Source: an uncultured Pelagibacteraceae bacterium (GTDB taxonomy: Bacteria; Pseudomonadota; Alphaproteobacteria; Pelagibacterales; Pelagibacteraceae). Taken from it: a DNA stretch of 64,000 nt. Location: assembly GCA_902545635.1 (NCBI GenBank), contig CACCGT010000003.1, positions 18,416 through 82,415 of the forward strand. Reading direction: 5' to 3'. The notes below the pieces were generated by a model. It searched no databases. It saw nothing but the letters and a program-made list of their open reading frames with translations, and had not been told where the DNA came from. The translations under genes were made by a program, and so were the position numbers. Shown here piece by piece: positions 30,563 through 40,052 of this stretch (the stretch's first letter is position 1; every line of letters starts with the position of its first letter).

Positions 30563-32203
30563 ATGAATTCAAATTATTTTGAAAAAAATAAAAAAAAAAT
30601 CTTAGACTTATACAAAGAACAAAAATTTTTAGAATTGATAAAATTAGGAGTTAAATTAATAAAATTTAATTCAAATGATGCCCAATTAATATATTTGTTA
30701 GGATTATCATCGATAAATTTACAAAAATTTCTCGATGCAGAAAAATATTTTGAAAAATTGATATCAATTAAAAAAACTCCAGAGATATATTATATATATG
30801 GCAATATACAGAAAAAAATAAAAAAATATAACGATGCAGTTATATCTTTTGAGAATGCTATAAAATTGAAACCTAATTTTTCTGAAGCATATAATAACTT
30901 AGGAAATACAAAAAAAATTATTAACAAAAGAGATGAGGCTATTGTTTGTTATCGAAAAGCTATAGAATTTAAAAATAATAATATAGAAGCACTTGTCAGT
31001 TTATCTGCAATTTTAAAAGAGGATAGAAACTATGTGGATTTAATTGAAGTTTATAAAAGTATTTTAAAATTAGATAAAAATAATATTAAAACATTATATA
31101 ATCTTGGATCTGCTTACTTATTCACAGGAAATATTTCTGAGGGAAAAAAATATTTTGAAAAAATATTTGAAATAGATAGCTCTTTTGTACCAAGTATGAG
31201 AAACTATATTTCTGTTACAGAAATTGATAGTAAAAATAAAATTTTTAAAGAATTAGAAAAATTAGATTTAAGTATTCTAAATAACGAGGATAAAATATTA
31301 GCATTAAATGCTCTTAGCAAAGGATATTTTGATCAAAACAAAGTGAATCTTGCATTTGATAATTTAGATAAATCAAATAGTCTTAAAAGAGATCTCTCAA
31401 ATTTTTCCTTGGATGATCAAAGAGACCAATTTAGAAGAATAAAATTTTTGTTTGACCAATTAAGTAACAATGAAAAAAATTTTAGTAAAATATCAACTAC
31501 ACCAATTTTTATTATTGGCATGCCAAGATCTGGTACATCATTGCTAGAGCAGATTTTAGCTTCTCATTCAAAAATTTATGGAGCTGGTGAACTCAACTTT
31601 TTACAAAAGGTTATAGATAAAATTGGTTTAGATAATCCAAATAATCCAGTCGAATATTTTAGTACTGTAAGAAATTATTATATCGATCAATTAACTAAAA
31701 TCTCAGATAAACCATTTATTATTGACAAATTACCTCTAAACTTCAAATGGGTCGGTTTTATAATAAATTCTTTACCAGAAGCAAAAATAATTCATATTAA
31801 TAGAAACCCCATGGCTGTTTGTTGGTCTAATTATAAAACACTTTTTACAGACAGAGGAATGGATTTTACATTAAGTCAAGATAGTATTGCTGAATACTAT
31901 CACCTATATGTTGATCTGATGAACTATTGGAATATTAAATATCCTAGAAAAATAATAAATATTGATTATGATAATTATGTCAAAAATTTTGAAACAGATA
32001 CCAAATCGATCTTAAATTATATAAATCTAGAATGGGAAGAAAAAATTAAGAGTTATGATAAGACAAAAAGAGTTGTTACAACAGCTTCTTTCCAACAAGT
32101 AAGAGGAAAAATAAAAAAAGATACTTCTAAAGGGTGGAGAAAATATAGCGATAACCTAATTAGAATGCAGAAAGTACTGGCTAAATTTAAAATTAATTTT
32201 TAA
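30563..32203 (+). CDS. TPR-repeat sulfotransferase
   Basis: N-terminal TPRs (EAYNNLGN, TLYNLG); PIFIIGMPRSGTSLLEQILASH, DKLPLNF, RNP, TAS..QVR. Confidence 0.92.
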   Translation: MNSNYFEKNKKKILDLYKEQKFLELIKLGVKLIKFNSNDAQLIYLLGLSSINLQKFLDAEKYFEKLISIKKTPEIYYIYGNIQKKIKKYNDAVISFENAIKLKPNFSEAYNNLGNTKKIINKRDEAIVCYRKAIEFKNNNIEALVSLSAILKEDRNYVDLIEVYKSILKLDKNNIKTLYNLGSAYLFTGNISEGKKYFEKIFEIDSSFVPSMRNYISVTEIDSKNKIFKELEKLDLSILNNEDKILALNALSKGYFDQNKVNLAFDNLDKSNSLKRDLSNFSLDDQRDQFRRIKFLFDQLSNNEKNFSKISTTPIFIIGMPRSGTSLLEQILASHSKIYGAGELNFLQKVIDKIGLDNPNNPVEYFSTVRNYYIDQLTKISDKPFIIDKLPLNFKWVGFIINSLPEAKIIHINRNPMAVCWSNYKTLFTDRGMDFTLSQDSIAEYYHLYVDLMNYWNIKYPRKIINIDYDNYVKNFETDTKSILNYINLEWEEKIKSYDKTKRVVTTASFQQVRGKIKKDTSKGWRKYSDNLIRMQKVLAKFKINF

Positions 32204-32315
32204 ATTAATTATATAATTTTTTTAAAGTAGTTATTTAATACTTAAGGTTAATTTAATTAAAATAGTTTCTTGCTAAATTTAAAAAAAGCTACTAATTTTA
32301 ACATTTGTAGAACAA

Positions 32316-32390
32316 GCGGGCATAGCTCAGTGGTAGAGCGTCTCGTTGCCAACGAGAAGGTCGTGGGTTCGAGTCCCATTGCCCGCTCCA
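32316..32390 (+). tRNA. tRNA-Gly(GCC)
   Basis: Acceptor GCGGGCA/TGCCCGC, anticodon arm TCTCG-TTGCCAA-CGAGA, GGTTCGAGTCC T-arm, encoded CCA; upstream TTGCTA-17-TAATTT at 32270-32298. Confidence 0.98.
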
Positions 32391-32401
32391 AGATTATCAT
32401 T

Positions 32402-33247
32402 ATGATTATTTGGATCGCTTCATATCCTAAGAGTGGAAACACTTATTTAAGATCTTTTATTGCTTCATATTATTTTTCAAAAAAAGGAAAATTTGATTTT
32501 AATTTGTTACTAAATATCCTTCAATTCCCATCTGTAAAATTTACAAAAAAAAATATTTCTTCAGAATTGGAGGCTAGTAAGAGCTGGATATATAACCAAG
32601 AGCAGTTTTTTTCAGGAGAAAAAGTACATTTTATTAAAACCCATAATACTTTAAACAATTATAAAGGTAATGAGTTTGCAAATAATAAACAGACACTAGG
32701 GGCAATTTATATTGTAAGAGATCCTAGAAATGTAATTACTTCAATGAAAAATCATTATTCCATGAGTTATGACTATGCTTATTCAAAATTAATTGATGAT
32801 AATGCTTCTCTGTTGGAAAAATCAAGAGATAACGATCATAGTAATTTTACATTTTTAGGTTCATGGTCAGAACACTATAAATCTTGGAAAATGTCTAAAA
32901 ATTTTAAAACACTTTTTCTTAAATATGAAGATTTAGAAAATTACAAATATGATTCTTTTAAAAAAATTCTCACTTTTATAAATCAACTGAAAAATGACAA
33001 ATCAAAAATTAATGAAAAAAAACTAATAAATTCAATCAATTCAACAAGTTTTAAAAATTTAAGAAATAAAGAGGAAATTGAGGGTTTTGAAGAGAGTATA
33101 AATTTGCAAAACTCAGACCAAAAAGTACGTTTTTTTAATTTAGGTTTCAATAACAGATGGGAAAAAATATTACCAAAGGAAATATTAGAAAAATTAAATA
33201 ACTCTTTTAAAAAGGATTTATCTGATTTAGAATATTATTATGAGTGA
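32402..33247 (+). CDS. PAPS-dependent sulfotransferase (Sulfotransfer_1-like), copy 3
   Basis: Start re-placed to ATG 32402 (MIIWIASYPKSGNT) because the longer ORF runs through the tRNA; KTH, IVRDPRNV, KYEDL. Confidence 0.9.
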   Translation: MIIWIASYPKSGNTYLRSFIASYYFSKKGKFDFNLLLNILQFPSVKFTKKNISSELEASKSWIYNQEQFFSGEKVHFIKTHNTLNNYKGNEFANNKQTLGAIYIVRDPRNVITSMKNHYSMSYDYAYSKLIDDNASLLEKSRDNDHSNFTFLGSWSEHYKSWKMSKNFKTLFLKYEDLENYKYDSFKKILTFINQLKNDKSKINEKKLINSINSTSFKNLRNKEEIEGFEESINLQNSDQKVRFFNLGFNNRWEKILPKEILEKLNNSFKKDLSDLEYYYE

Positions 33248-33578
33248 ATTAGCTAATAAAAAATGTATACCATGTGAAGGTGGTATACCTAGTTTTGATT
33301 TGAAAGAAATCCATAAATACCTGAAAAAAGTTGATGGTTGGGATGTTGATACTTTTGATGATAAAAATTATCACATAATCAAAAATTTCAAATTTAATAA
33401 TTTCTTGGAAAGTCAAGAATTTGTTAACCAGGTTGGTAGAATAGCTGAAGAAGAAGGTCATCATCCTGATATTTGGTTTGGGTGGGGTTATGCAAAAATT
33501 AAAATACAAACTCATGCAATTAACGGGCTTCATGAAAGTGATTTTATACTTGCTGCAAAAATAGATAAAATAAACTAA
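33240..33578 (+). CDS. phhB: Pterin-4-alpha-carbinolamine dehydratase
   Basis: CIPCEGG, AEEEGHHPDI, THAINGL..SDFILAAKID. Confidence 0.92.
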   Translation: MSELANKKCIPCEGGIPSFDLKEIHKYLKKVDGWDVDTFDDKNYHIIKNFKFNNFLESQEFVNQVGRIAEEEGHHPDIWFGWGYAKIKIQTHAINGLHESDFILAAKIDKIN

Positions 33579-33581
33579 ATT

Positions 33582-35126
33582 TTAATGTTTAAAGTGTCTA
33601 GTATTTGAAAATACTAATATAACACCTAACTCATCTGCAAATTTAATAATTTCTTTATCTCTTATAGATCCCGATGGTTGAATGATTGCACTTACTCCAT
33701 TTTGAACTAGGGTTTCGATGCCATCAATAAAAGGAAAAAAAGCGTCTGATGCCCCAATAATAAAATCATTTTTTTTAATGTTTTGAAATTTTTTCATTTT
33801 TTCAATTGCTATTTTACAACTATCTAATCTACTAGGTTGACCTGAGCCAATTCCAATAGTTGAACTATTTTTTGTCAAAACAATCGCATTAGATTTTACA
33901 TTTCTACAAACATTAAAGGCAAATAATAAATCATTGAATATTTTTTTTGTTGGTTTTGCCTTGGATACAACTTTAAAATTATCTTTATTGAATTTTTTGT
34001 TATCAATACTTTGGAATAATAAAGAATTAAAATGACTTGTTACATGAGTAAAATTTTTTTGCTCTAATTTAGAAGCATCTATTAATCTTAAATTTTTCTT
34101 TTTTTTAAGAATTTGAATAGATTCCTTATCAAACCCAATTCCAATAATAACTTCTATAAATAGTTTATTTAACTCTTTAGCTATTCTCTTTGTTATTTTA
34201 TAATTGCATGAAACTATACCTCCAAATGCACTTATAGGATCGCAAGCTAGAGCTTCTTTGTAACTTTCTAAGTTATCTTTATTTATTGATACCCCACAAG
34301 GATTAGCATGTTTTACAATTACTGTTCCATTATTTTTAGGAAGACTTTTTGAAATATTTAAAGCTGAATAAATGTCATTGTAGTTGTTAAAACTTAATTT
34401 TTTTCCGCTTAATTGAAAAATATCTAATTCATTACTTTTAGAATAAATTGCTGACTTTTGATGAGGATTCTCACCATATCTTAATATTTCAACTAAGTTT
34501 GCATAGATTGTTTTTTTTTCAGGGTAATAGTCATCATTATTTTTATTTAAATATTCTGATATTATTGAGTCATAATAAGAAGTTAAATTAAATGCTTCTT
34601 TTGATAGTTTTTCTCTTAGTTCAATACTTGTTGAACCTTTATTTTTTTCTAAATCAATAATAAATTCTTCATATTGTTTAGGAGATGTCAAAACAGTTGT
34701 ATGCCTATAGTTTTTAGCTGATGCTCTTACTAGAGTTGGACCTCCAATATCTATATTCTCAATAATCTTTTGATGATTTTTTGTAATTTTTAGGGTTTTT
34801 TCAAATGGATAAAAATTTACTATAACCAAATCAATTTCATCATAATTGTTGTTCTTTAGCTCTTTTTTGTGTTTTTTATTGTCTCTTTTACTTAAAATGC
34901 CGGCATATAACTTTGGATGAAGTGTTTTCACTCTACCATCTAAAATTTCATCCGAATTTGTGTATTTGGATACGTCAGTACATTTATACCCTAATCTATC
35001 AATTTCTTTAGATGTACCTCCTGAACTTATAACTTTTATATTGTACTTTTTGAGAGCTTTTAAAATTGTCTCAATTTCTGATTTGTCAGATATAGATATA
35101 ATTGCTTTTTTAATTCTATTACTCAT
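33582..35126 (-). CDS. purH: Bifunctional AICAR transformylase/IMP cyclohydrolase
   Basis: GRVKTLHP, IDIGGP, LRYGENPHQ, KHANPCG, SDAFFPF, RHFKH. Confidence 0.98.
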   Translation of the reverse strand: MSNRIKKAIISISDKSEIETILKALKKYNIKVISSGGTSKEIDRLGYKCTDVSKYTNSDEILDGRVKTLHPKLYAGILSKRDNKKHKKELKNNNYDEIDLVIVNFYPFEKTLKITKNHQKIIENIDIGGPTLVRASAKNYRHTTVLTSPKQYEEFIIDLEKNKGSTSIELREKLSKEAFNLTSYYDSIISEYLNKNNDDYYPEKKTIYANLVEILRYGENPHQKSAIYSKSNELDIFQLSGKKLSFNNYNDIYSALNISKSLPKNNGTVIVKHANPCGVSINKDNLESYKEALACDPISAFGGIVSCNYKITKRIAKELNKLFIEVIIGIGFDKESIQILKKKKNLRLIDASKLEQKNFTHVTSHFNSLLFQSIDNKKFNKDNFKVVSKAKPTKKIFNDLLFAFNVCRNVKSNAIVLTKNSSTIGIGSGQPSRLDSCKIAIEKMKKFQNIKKNDFIIGASDAFFPFIDGIETLVQNGVSAIIQPSGSIRDKEIIKFADELGVILVFSNTRHFKH

Positions 35127-36751
35127 AATTTGCTAATTTGCCATTCAATTGATTGGTCATTATTTTGAGTTATACCAGAAATATAAATATTTTGGTTTTC
35201 AATATAACTATTTTTATTACCGAAATACAGACCAGTTTCAACACCTATCATTCCATCATTAGAGGAAAACTTCCATCCAGAATTTTCCAATTCAATTAAA
35301 ATAGATTTATTATCTTGTAGCTTTGTTACTTTGACATTTGGCATGAGATGAAATCTTATTTCAAAATTAGTAGCTTTAAAATTTTTTTTTTTTATAAGTA
35401 TTTCTTTTCCAAAAAGTATGTTTCTTAAAGAGTTATATTCTAAATTTCTTACATGAATTACTCCATATCTTGATAAATATCCATCATGAGAAGATCTGAT
35501 ATTCAAGCTATCTTTATTAAAAGAAACTTTATTATCAAAAGTTTTAAATCCTTTAATTATAGTGGTGGGACCTTTGTTACTTTTTTTAAAATTACAAGCG
35601 GAGGAATTATCTAAAATTAATGTAGAGTGGGTTGCAGTTGATTTAGAAATAGAATTTAATTGATGATTAAAATCCTGGAAGTAACCAGAGTTTGTAATTA
35701 ATTTTTTATCTTTAAAAAAAAACTCGAATGATAATGGCCCACTTTGGTAATTTTCAGAATAATTTTTAGGTGGATTTCCACCAGTGTCCATTGCGATTAA
35801 AACATTTTTATTTTTTAGAATTGTGTATCCAGATATTTCAAATTTATCACTTTTAAATTTGTATCTAAAAAGTTCTAGGTATTTATCAAAGTCTGCATAA
35901 TTTGAATTATTATTTCCATTAAATAATAAATTTTGTTTTAATGAACCCCAAAAAAAATTATATGACTTTCCAAGATAAAAAATAATTTCATCTAAGTATT
36001 CAGGAATATCGTTTAATGAGTCTTTAAGAAGCTCTCTAATTAATATAAAATACTTTAAGTAAAATATCATCTGTCTTACACTTCTTGATTTTGGAAAATA
36101 GTTATTATCAAAAGATGTATTAATTATTTTTCTTAATAAATCTAATCCGTAATCTGAGAAACTATTGTTTTTATAAGCTATACCTGCCATTATTATGGCC
36201 ACACACCCAATCATTTTATTATTGAAGTCATAGGATCTATCAATTTCATTTATTAAATGATTTATCTGTTTACTAATTATTTCGTTAAAATTGTTTTTGT
36301 AATTAATATCAGATTCATCATAAGTTATTTTTGAATTTGAAATCCATGCAATTATTCTTTTGGAAAGAATATCTACTTCCCAACTTTTTGTTTGAAAATT
36401 TTGATTTTTTTTTATCCAATTTTGGATAATTGACTGTGTAATTTTATTTGAAGATTTGAGATCAATAGAAAATAACCAGTAAAAACTATGAAGTTTTTTA
36501 AAATCTTTATAATTTAAATTTTTATTTTCCCATATTGATTGAATATTAAAATCTTCAATTTTTTTTTTCTTTTTTTCATATTTTATTAAAGAGCTGAGTA
36601 TATTAAGACTTGGTTGATAAATTAGACTATTTCGATCAACCTTAGATATTTTTTTATTATAAATAGATGAATTTAAGTAGATTTTTCGTGTTTGGTTTTT
36701 TAGAAAAAAATAAAATTCATTTATAAAATTGAAAGAATTTTTAAGAAACAT
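35123..36751 (-). CDS. Heparinase II/III-family protein
   Basis: LHSFYWL, PLSFE, STATHSTL, HDGY, RFHL; usual position next to purH in alphaproteobacteria. Confidence 0.78.
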   Translation of the reverse strand: MFLKNSFNFINEFYFFLKNQTRKIYLNSSIYNKKISKVDRNSLIYQPSLNILSSLIKYEKKKKKIEDFNIQSIWENKNLNYKDFKKLHSFYWLFSIDLKSSNKITQSIIQNWIKKNQNFQTKSWEVDILSKRIIAWISNSKITYDESDINYKNNFNEIISKQINHLINEIDRSYDFNNKMIGCVAIIMAGIAYKNNSFSDYGLDLLRKIINTSFDNNYFPKSRSVRQMIFYLKYFILIRELLKDSLNDIPEYLDEIIFYLGKSYNFFWGSLKQNLLFNGNNNSNYADFDKYLELFRYKFKSDKFEISGYTILKNKNVLIAMDTGGNPPKNYSENYQSGPLSFEFFFKDKKLITNSGYFQDFNHQLNSISKSTATHSTLILDNSSACNFKKSNKGPTTIIKGFKTFDNKVSFNKDSLNIRSSHDGYLSRYGVIHVRNLEYNSLRNILFGKEILIKKKNFKATNFEIRFHLMPNVKVTKLQDNKSILIELENSGWKFSSNDGMIGVETGLYFGNKNSYIENQNIYISGITQNNDQSIEWQISKL

Positions 36752-36752
36752 T

Positions 36753-37412
36753 TTACATTGATTTTAGTTTTTCAATATTGCTTTTAATATCCCCGTTATT
36801 TTCTTTAAATATTGTAGTTCCTGAAACTAATATATCAGCCCCAGCCTTTAAAATAATTTTTGAATTATTAAAATTAATTCCCCCATCAACTTCAATATTA
36901 AACTTCAGTTGCCTCTCATCTTTGATTTTTTTTAATTCTTTAATTTTATCTAACACCTCAGGCATGAATTTTTGTCCTCCAAAACCAGGGTTAACACTCA
37001 TTACCAATACTAAATCAATATTCTCTATTTCGTCGATTAATGTATTGATTTCAGTTTTTGGATTTAGAGATACACCAACCTTTTTACTAAATTTTTTAAT
37101 TAAAATAATTGTTTCTTTTAAATTTTCTGTGGCTTCAGGATGAATAGTTATTATGTCAGCACCTGCTCTTGCATAACTTTCAATATAATTATGAACTGGC
37201 GAGATCATTAAATGTACATCAAACGGAAGTTTAGTGTACTTTCTCAAGTTTTCAATAACCGGAGGCCCTATTGTTAAATTAGGAACAAAGTGTCCATCCA
37301 TTACATCAACATGAATTAAATCAGCTCCACCCTCTTCCAGTTTTTTAATTTCGTTACCAAGTTGGCTGAAGTCAGCTGAAAGTATTGATGGAGATATTTG
37401 TATTTTTTTCAT
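36753..37412 (-). CDS. rpe: Ribulose-phosphate 3-epimerase
   Basis: SPSILSADF, HVDVMDGHFVPN, DVHLM, MSVNPGFGGQ, VDGG. Confidence 0.98.
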   Translation of the reverse strand: MKKIQISPSILSADFSQLGNEIKKLEEGGADLIHVDVMDGHFVPNLTIGPPVIENLRKYTKLPFDVHLMISPVHNYIESYARAGADIITIHPEATENLKETIILIKKFSKKVGVSLNPKTEINTLIDEIENIDLVLVMSVNPGFGGQKFMPEVLDKIKELKKIKDERQLKFNIEVDGGINFNNSKIILKAGADILVSGTTIFKENNGDIKSNIEKLKSM

Positions 37413-37454
37413 ATGATACTAAAATATTAGTATCAATTTTTAGTTTTATTTGAA

Positions 37455-37805
37455 TCAATTTTTACTAAATATTCTATAAATTTCTCTTGCAATTTCACTC
37501 TCAAGTGGGAATGAAAGCATCCCCATAACTGAATAACCAAGCAAATAAGGCATTAAATAGAAGCGACTCATGTAAAAGAACCATGCTACATAAAGTGGTA
37601 CTAATGGGCCTACAATAAAGCTTGGCGTAATAGGTTTAAATATTCTTATTAACGGATTTGTAAGTTTTACGAATACTTTCATAAAGAAAAACTCCGAATC
37701 TTCTCTTTGAAAAATATTCATCGCCACTCTTCCTATAAGTGTCCACATCACAACCCCAAGGATGTAGTCAATTATATAAACAAAAGGGTGAAAGTTTGCA
37801 TACAT
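37455..37805 (-). CDS. Small membrane protein, YggT-like
   Basis: Hydrophobic segments flanking an LTNPLIRIFKPITP stretch reminiscent of YggT; follows the SSS transporter. Confidence 0.6.
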   Translation of the reverse strand: MYANFHPFVYIIDYILGVVMWTLIGRVAMNIFQREDSEFFFMKVFVKLTNPLIRIFKPITPSFIVGPLVPLYVAWFFYMSRFYLMPYLLGYSVMGMLSFPLESEIAREIYRIFSKN

Positions 37806-37811
37806 AGTTTT

Positions 37812-37842
37812 AAAAATCTAGGGGCGAAATTTTCGCCCCTAG
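37812..37842 (-). terminator. Intrinsic terminator after the SSS transporter
   Basis: Inverted repeat CTAGGGGCGAAA/TTTCGCCCCTAG (37818-37842) followed by ATTTTT on the minus strand. Confidence 0.85.
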
Positions 37843-37854
37843 TAAATATTTTAA

Positions 37855-39669
37855 TTAATGTTGTTTTCCAAGTATTGTTTTACCACTTGGTACACGTACA
37901 TCATCAACCATTTTCTGAGTTGCTGCGTCTGGCGCTGCAGTTATTAAACTGACAACAATCATTGAAACTAAACTTACAGCTGCTCCAACTATTCCGAACG
38001 TTAGTTGAGTTATGCCTAAGAACCCAGATCCACCACTTCGTACCCAAATTAGATACGCAGTTCCTGAGATCAGTCCTAATAGCATTCCCGCAACAGCTCC
38101 TGGTGCATTAGCTCTCTTCCACCATACACCAAGTACAAGTGGGAAGAAAAGCCCAGACATTGCAAAGTCAAAAGCCCAAATTACCGAACCTAGAATACCT
38201 TGTATCTCTAGTGCAGCAATTGTAGCTCCTGCAAAACCAATTAATACAAGTAATACCCTTGCAACAATTAATCTTTTTGCAGTTTCAGCTTTTGGATTAA
38301 TGATTTTGTAGTAAACATCATGTGATAATGCATTTGAAATAGCTAAAACTAATCCATCCGCAGTTGACATGGCAGCAGCCATACCTCCAGCAGCAACTAG
38401 TCCAGATATTACATATGGTAATCCAGCAATTTCAGGTGTTGCTAATACAACAGCGCTACCTTTCATAAAGAACTCATTAAGTTCTAGAGTTCCATTGCCA
38501 TTAAAGTCACTTACAAACATCAACTTCGCTTGGTTCCAGTTTTGATACCAGTCAAGAGCTTGAACTTCAGTTATCGATTTACCGATAATTCCAGTAGCTA
38601 GATTAGGATCCATCAATGAAATTTTTGATAGAGTAGCTAACATTGGAGCTGAAGAATAAAGTAGGAATATAAAGAATAACGACCAACCTACCGATCTTCT
38701 AGCTGTTCTTACACTTGGAGTTGTAAAGTATCTCATCATAACGTGAGGTAATGAAGCTGTTCCAGCCATCATACAAACTGCTAATGAAATAAATGCCCAA
38801 GGAGTTGCATTAACTGCTGAGTGCGCTTTAGTAATTGCAGATAATCCTTTTGGAACTGTAGCTAAATCTGCAGCTGAGTTTTTAACAAAACCAAATTGAC
38901 CTTCAAGTTCTGCAATTCTTGCAACTTCATCAGCTAACATGAAATGCGGGAAGAAACCTGCACCAATATTGTTACTTATCCAGAATACTGGAAGTAAGTA
39001 GGCAATAATTAATACAATATATTGAGCAACTTGTGTCCAAGTTACAGCTCTCATTCCACCAAGCATCGAGCACATCAAAATACTAGCTAGTCCAACATAT
39101 ACTGCTATTTCGAATGGAATATCCAAAGCAACAGATGCAATTGTTCCAGTAGCATTAATTTGAGCAGTCACATAAGTGAAAGATGCAACAGTTAAAACTA
39201 CGACAGCACTAAATCTTGCTAAGTTACCACCGTAACGAGTTCCTATAAAATCTGGTACAGTATAACACCCAAATTTTCTAAGATATGGTGCTAACAAAGA
39301 AGCAACTAGTACATATCCACCAGTCCATCCTACAAGCAGAGCCATATAACCGTAACCTTTAAAGTAAATACCACCAGCCATGGCTACGAAAGATGCACCA
39401 GACATCCAGTCTGCTGCAGTTGCCATTCCATTAAATACGGTGGGTACTTGTCTTCCTGCTACGTAATAAGCATCTGTTTGAAGTGTTCTAGATAACCAAC
39501 CAATCAAAGCATAAATCAAAACTGTAAATGAAACAAAAAAGATACCAATCATTTTTGCACTCATTCCAGCTTGTTCAGCTATTGCCATAATAATTATAAA
39601 TACAAGAAATCCTCCTGTATATAATCCGTAGACCTTGGGTAAATTATCTATAAATTTACCTTTTATCAT
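37855..39669 (-). CDS. Sodium:solute symporter, ActP/VC_2705-like (probable acetate/monocarboxylate)
   Basis: YYVAGR, NGMATAADWMSGASF, APYLRKFG.YTVPDF, GTASLPHV, AAAMSTADG; near acs. Confidence 0.9.
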   Translation of the reverse strand: MIKGKFIDNLPKVYGLYTGGFLVFIIIMAIAEQAGMSAKMIGIFFVSFTVLIYALIGWLSRTLQTDAYYVAGRQVPTVFNGMATAADWMSGASFVAMAGGIYFKGYGYMALLVGWTGGYVLVASLLAPYLRKFGCYTVPDFIGTRYGGNLARFSAVVVLTVASFTYVTAQINATGTIASVALDIPFEIAVYVGLASILMCSMLGGMRAVTWTQVAQYIVLIIAYLLPVFWISNNIGAGFFPHFMLADEVARIAELEGQFGFVKNSAADLATVPKGLSAITKAHSAVNATPWAFISLAVCMMAGTASLPHVMMRYFTTPSVRTARRSVGWSLFFIFLLYSSAPMLATLSKISLMDPNLATGIIGKSITEVQALDWYQNWNQAKLMFVSDFNGNGTLELNEFFMKGSAVVLATPEIAGLPYVISGLVAAGGMAAAMSTADGLVLAISNALSHDVYYKIINPKAETAKRLIVARVLLVLIGFAGATIAALEIQGILGSVIWAFDFAMSGLFFPLVLGVWWKRANAPGAVAGMLLGLISGTAYLIWVRSGGSGFLGITQLTFGIVGAAVSLVSMIVVSLITAAPDAATQKMVDDVRVPSGKTILGKQH

Positions 39670-39932
39670 TGATCACCCTCTCTTTCAGTAAATCCGAACT
39701 CGTCATCAATTTTCTCTTGTCGACCTGCAAACCAGAAAATTAGAATAACGAAGATTGCAAGAGATCCTTGACATGTAAACCAATACGTTAAAGGATATCC
39801 AAATGGTCTAATGCTTGATTCTTGCATTTCGGCTCCGAAAAGAAAGATGCCAATTGAGAAAACAAACCAAATTGCTAATGTAATAAAGAGCAAGTTCCTG
39901 GTTTTTTCCCAGTGTTGTTCTTGTTTTGACAT
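39666..39932 (-). CDS. SSS transporter small subunit (DUF4212)
   Basis: HW..TRNL, two TMs, GYPLTYW...QGS; overlaps the SSS start; strong SD AGGGAG. Confidence 0.85.
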   Translation of the reverse strand: MSKQEQHWEKTRNLLFITLAIWFVFSIGIFLFGAEMQESSIRPFGYPLTYWFTCQGSLAIFVILIFWFAGRQEKIDDEFGFTEREGDQ

Positions 39933-40052
39933 TTTTTTCTCTCCCTATAGGTTAAAGAAATAACCTTACTGATAATCAGCGTTATTTAAACCCCTAAAAA
40001 CACTCGATATTGTGGCATTTTTACATTATACATCAAAATATTACTTATATTA

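Noticed and set aside
32257-32442. ORFs overlapping the tRNA (32257-32442 minus; 5' extension from 32270 plus)
   Set aside because: They are translations of tRNA-Gly sequence.
30563-33578. Integrative element at tRNA-Gly
   Set aside because: No integrase and no duplicated tRNA 3' end (att site) seen.
35123-36751. Heparinase II/III gene as evidence of heparin degradation
   Set aside because: Commonly found beside purH in alphaproteobacteria, has no clear signal peptide, and activity cannot be inferred from sequence.
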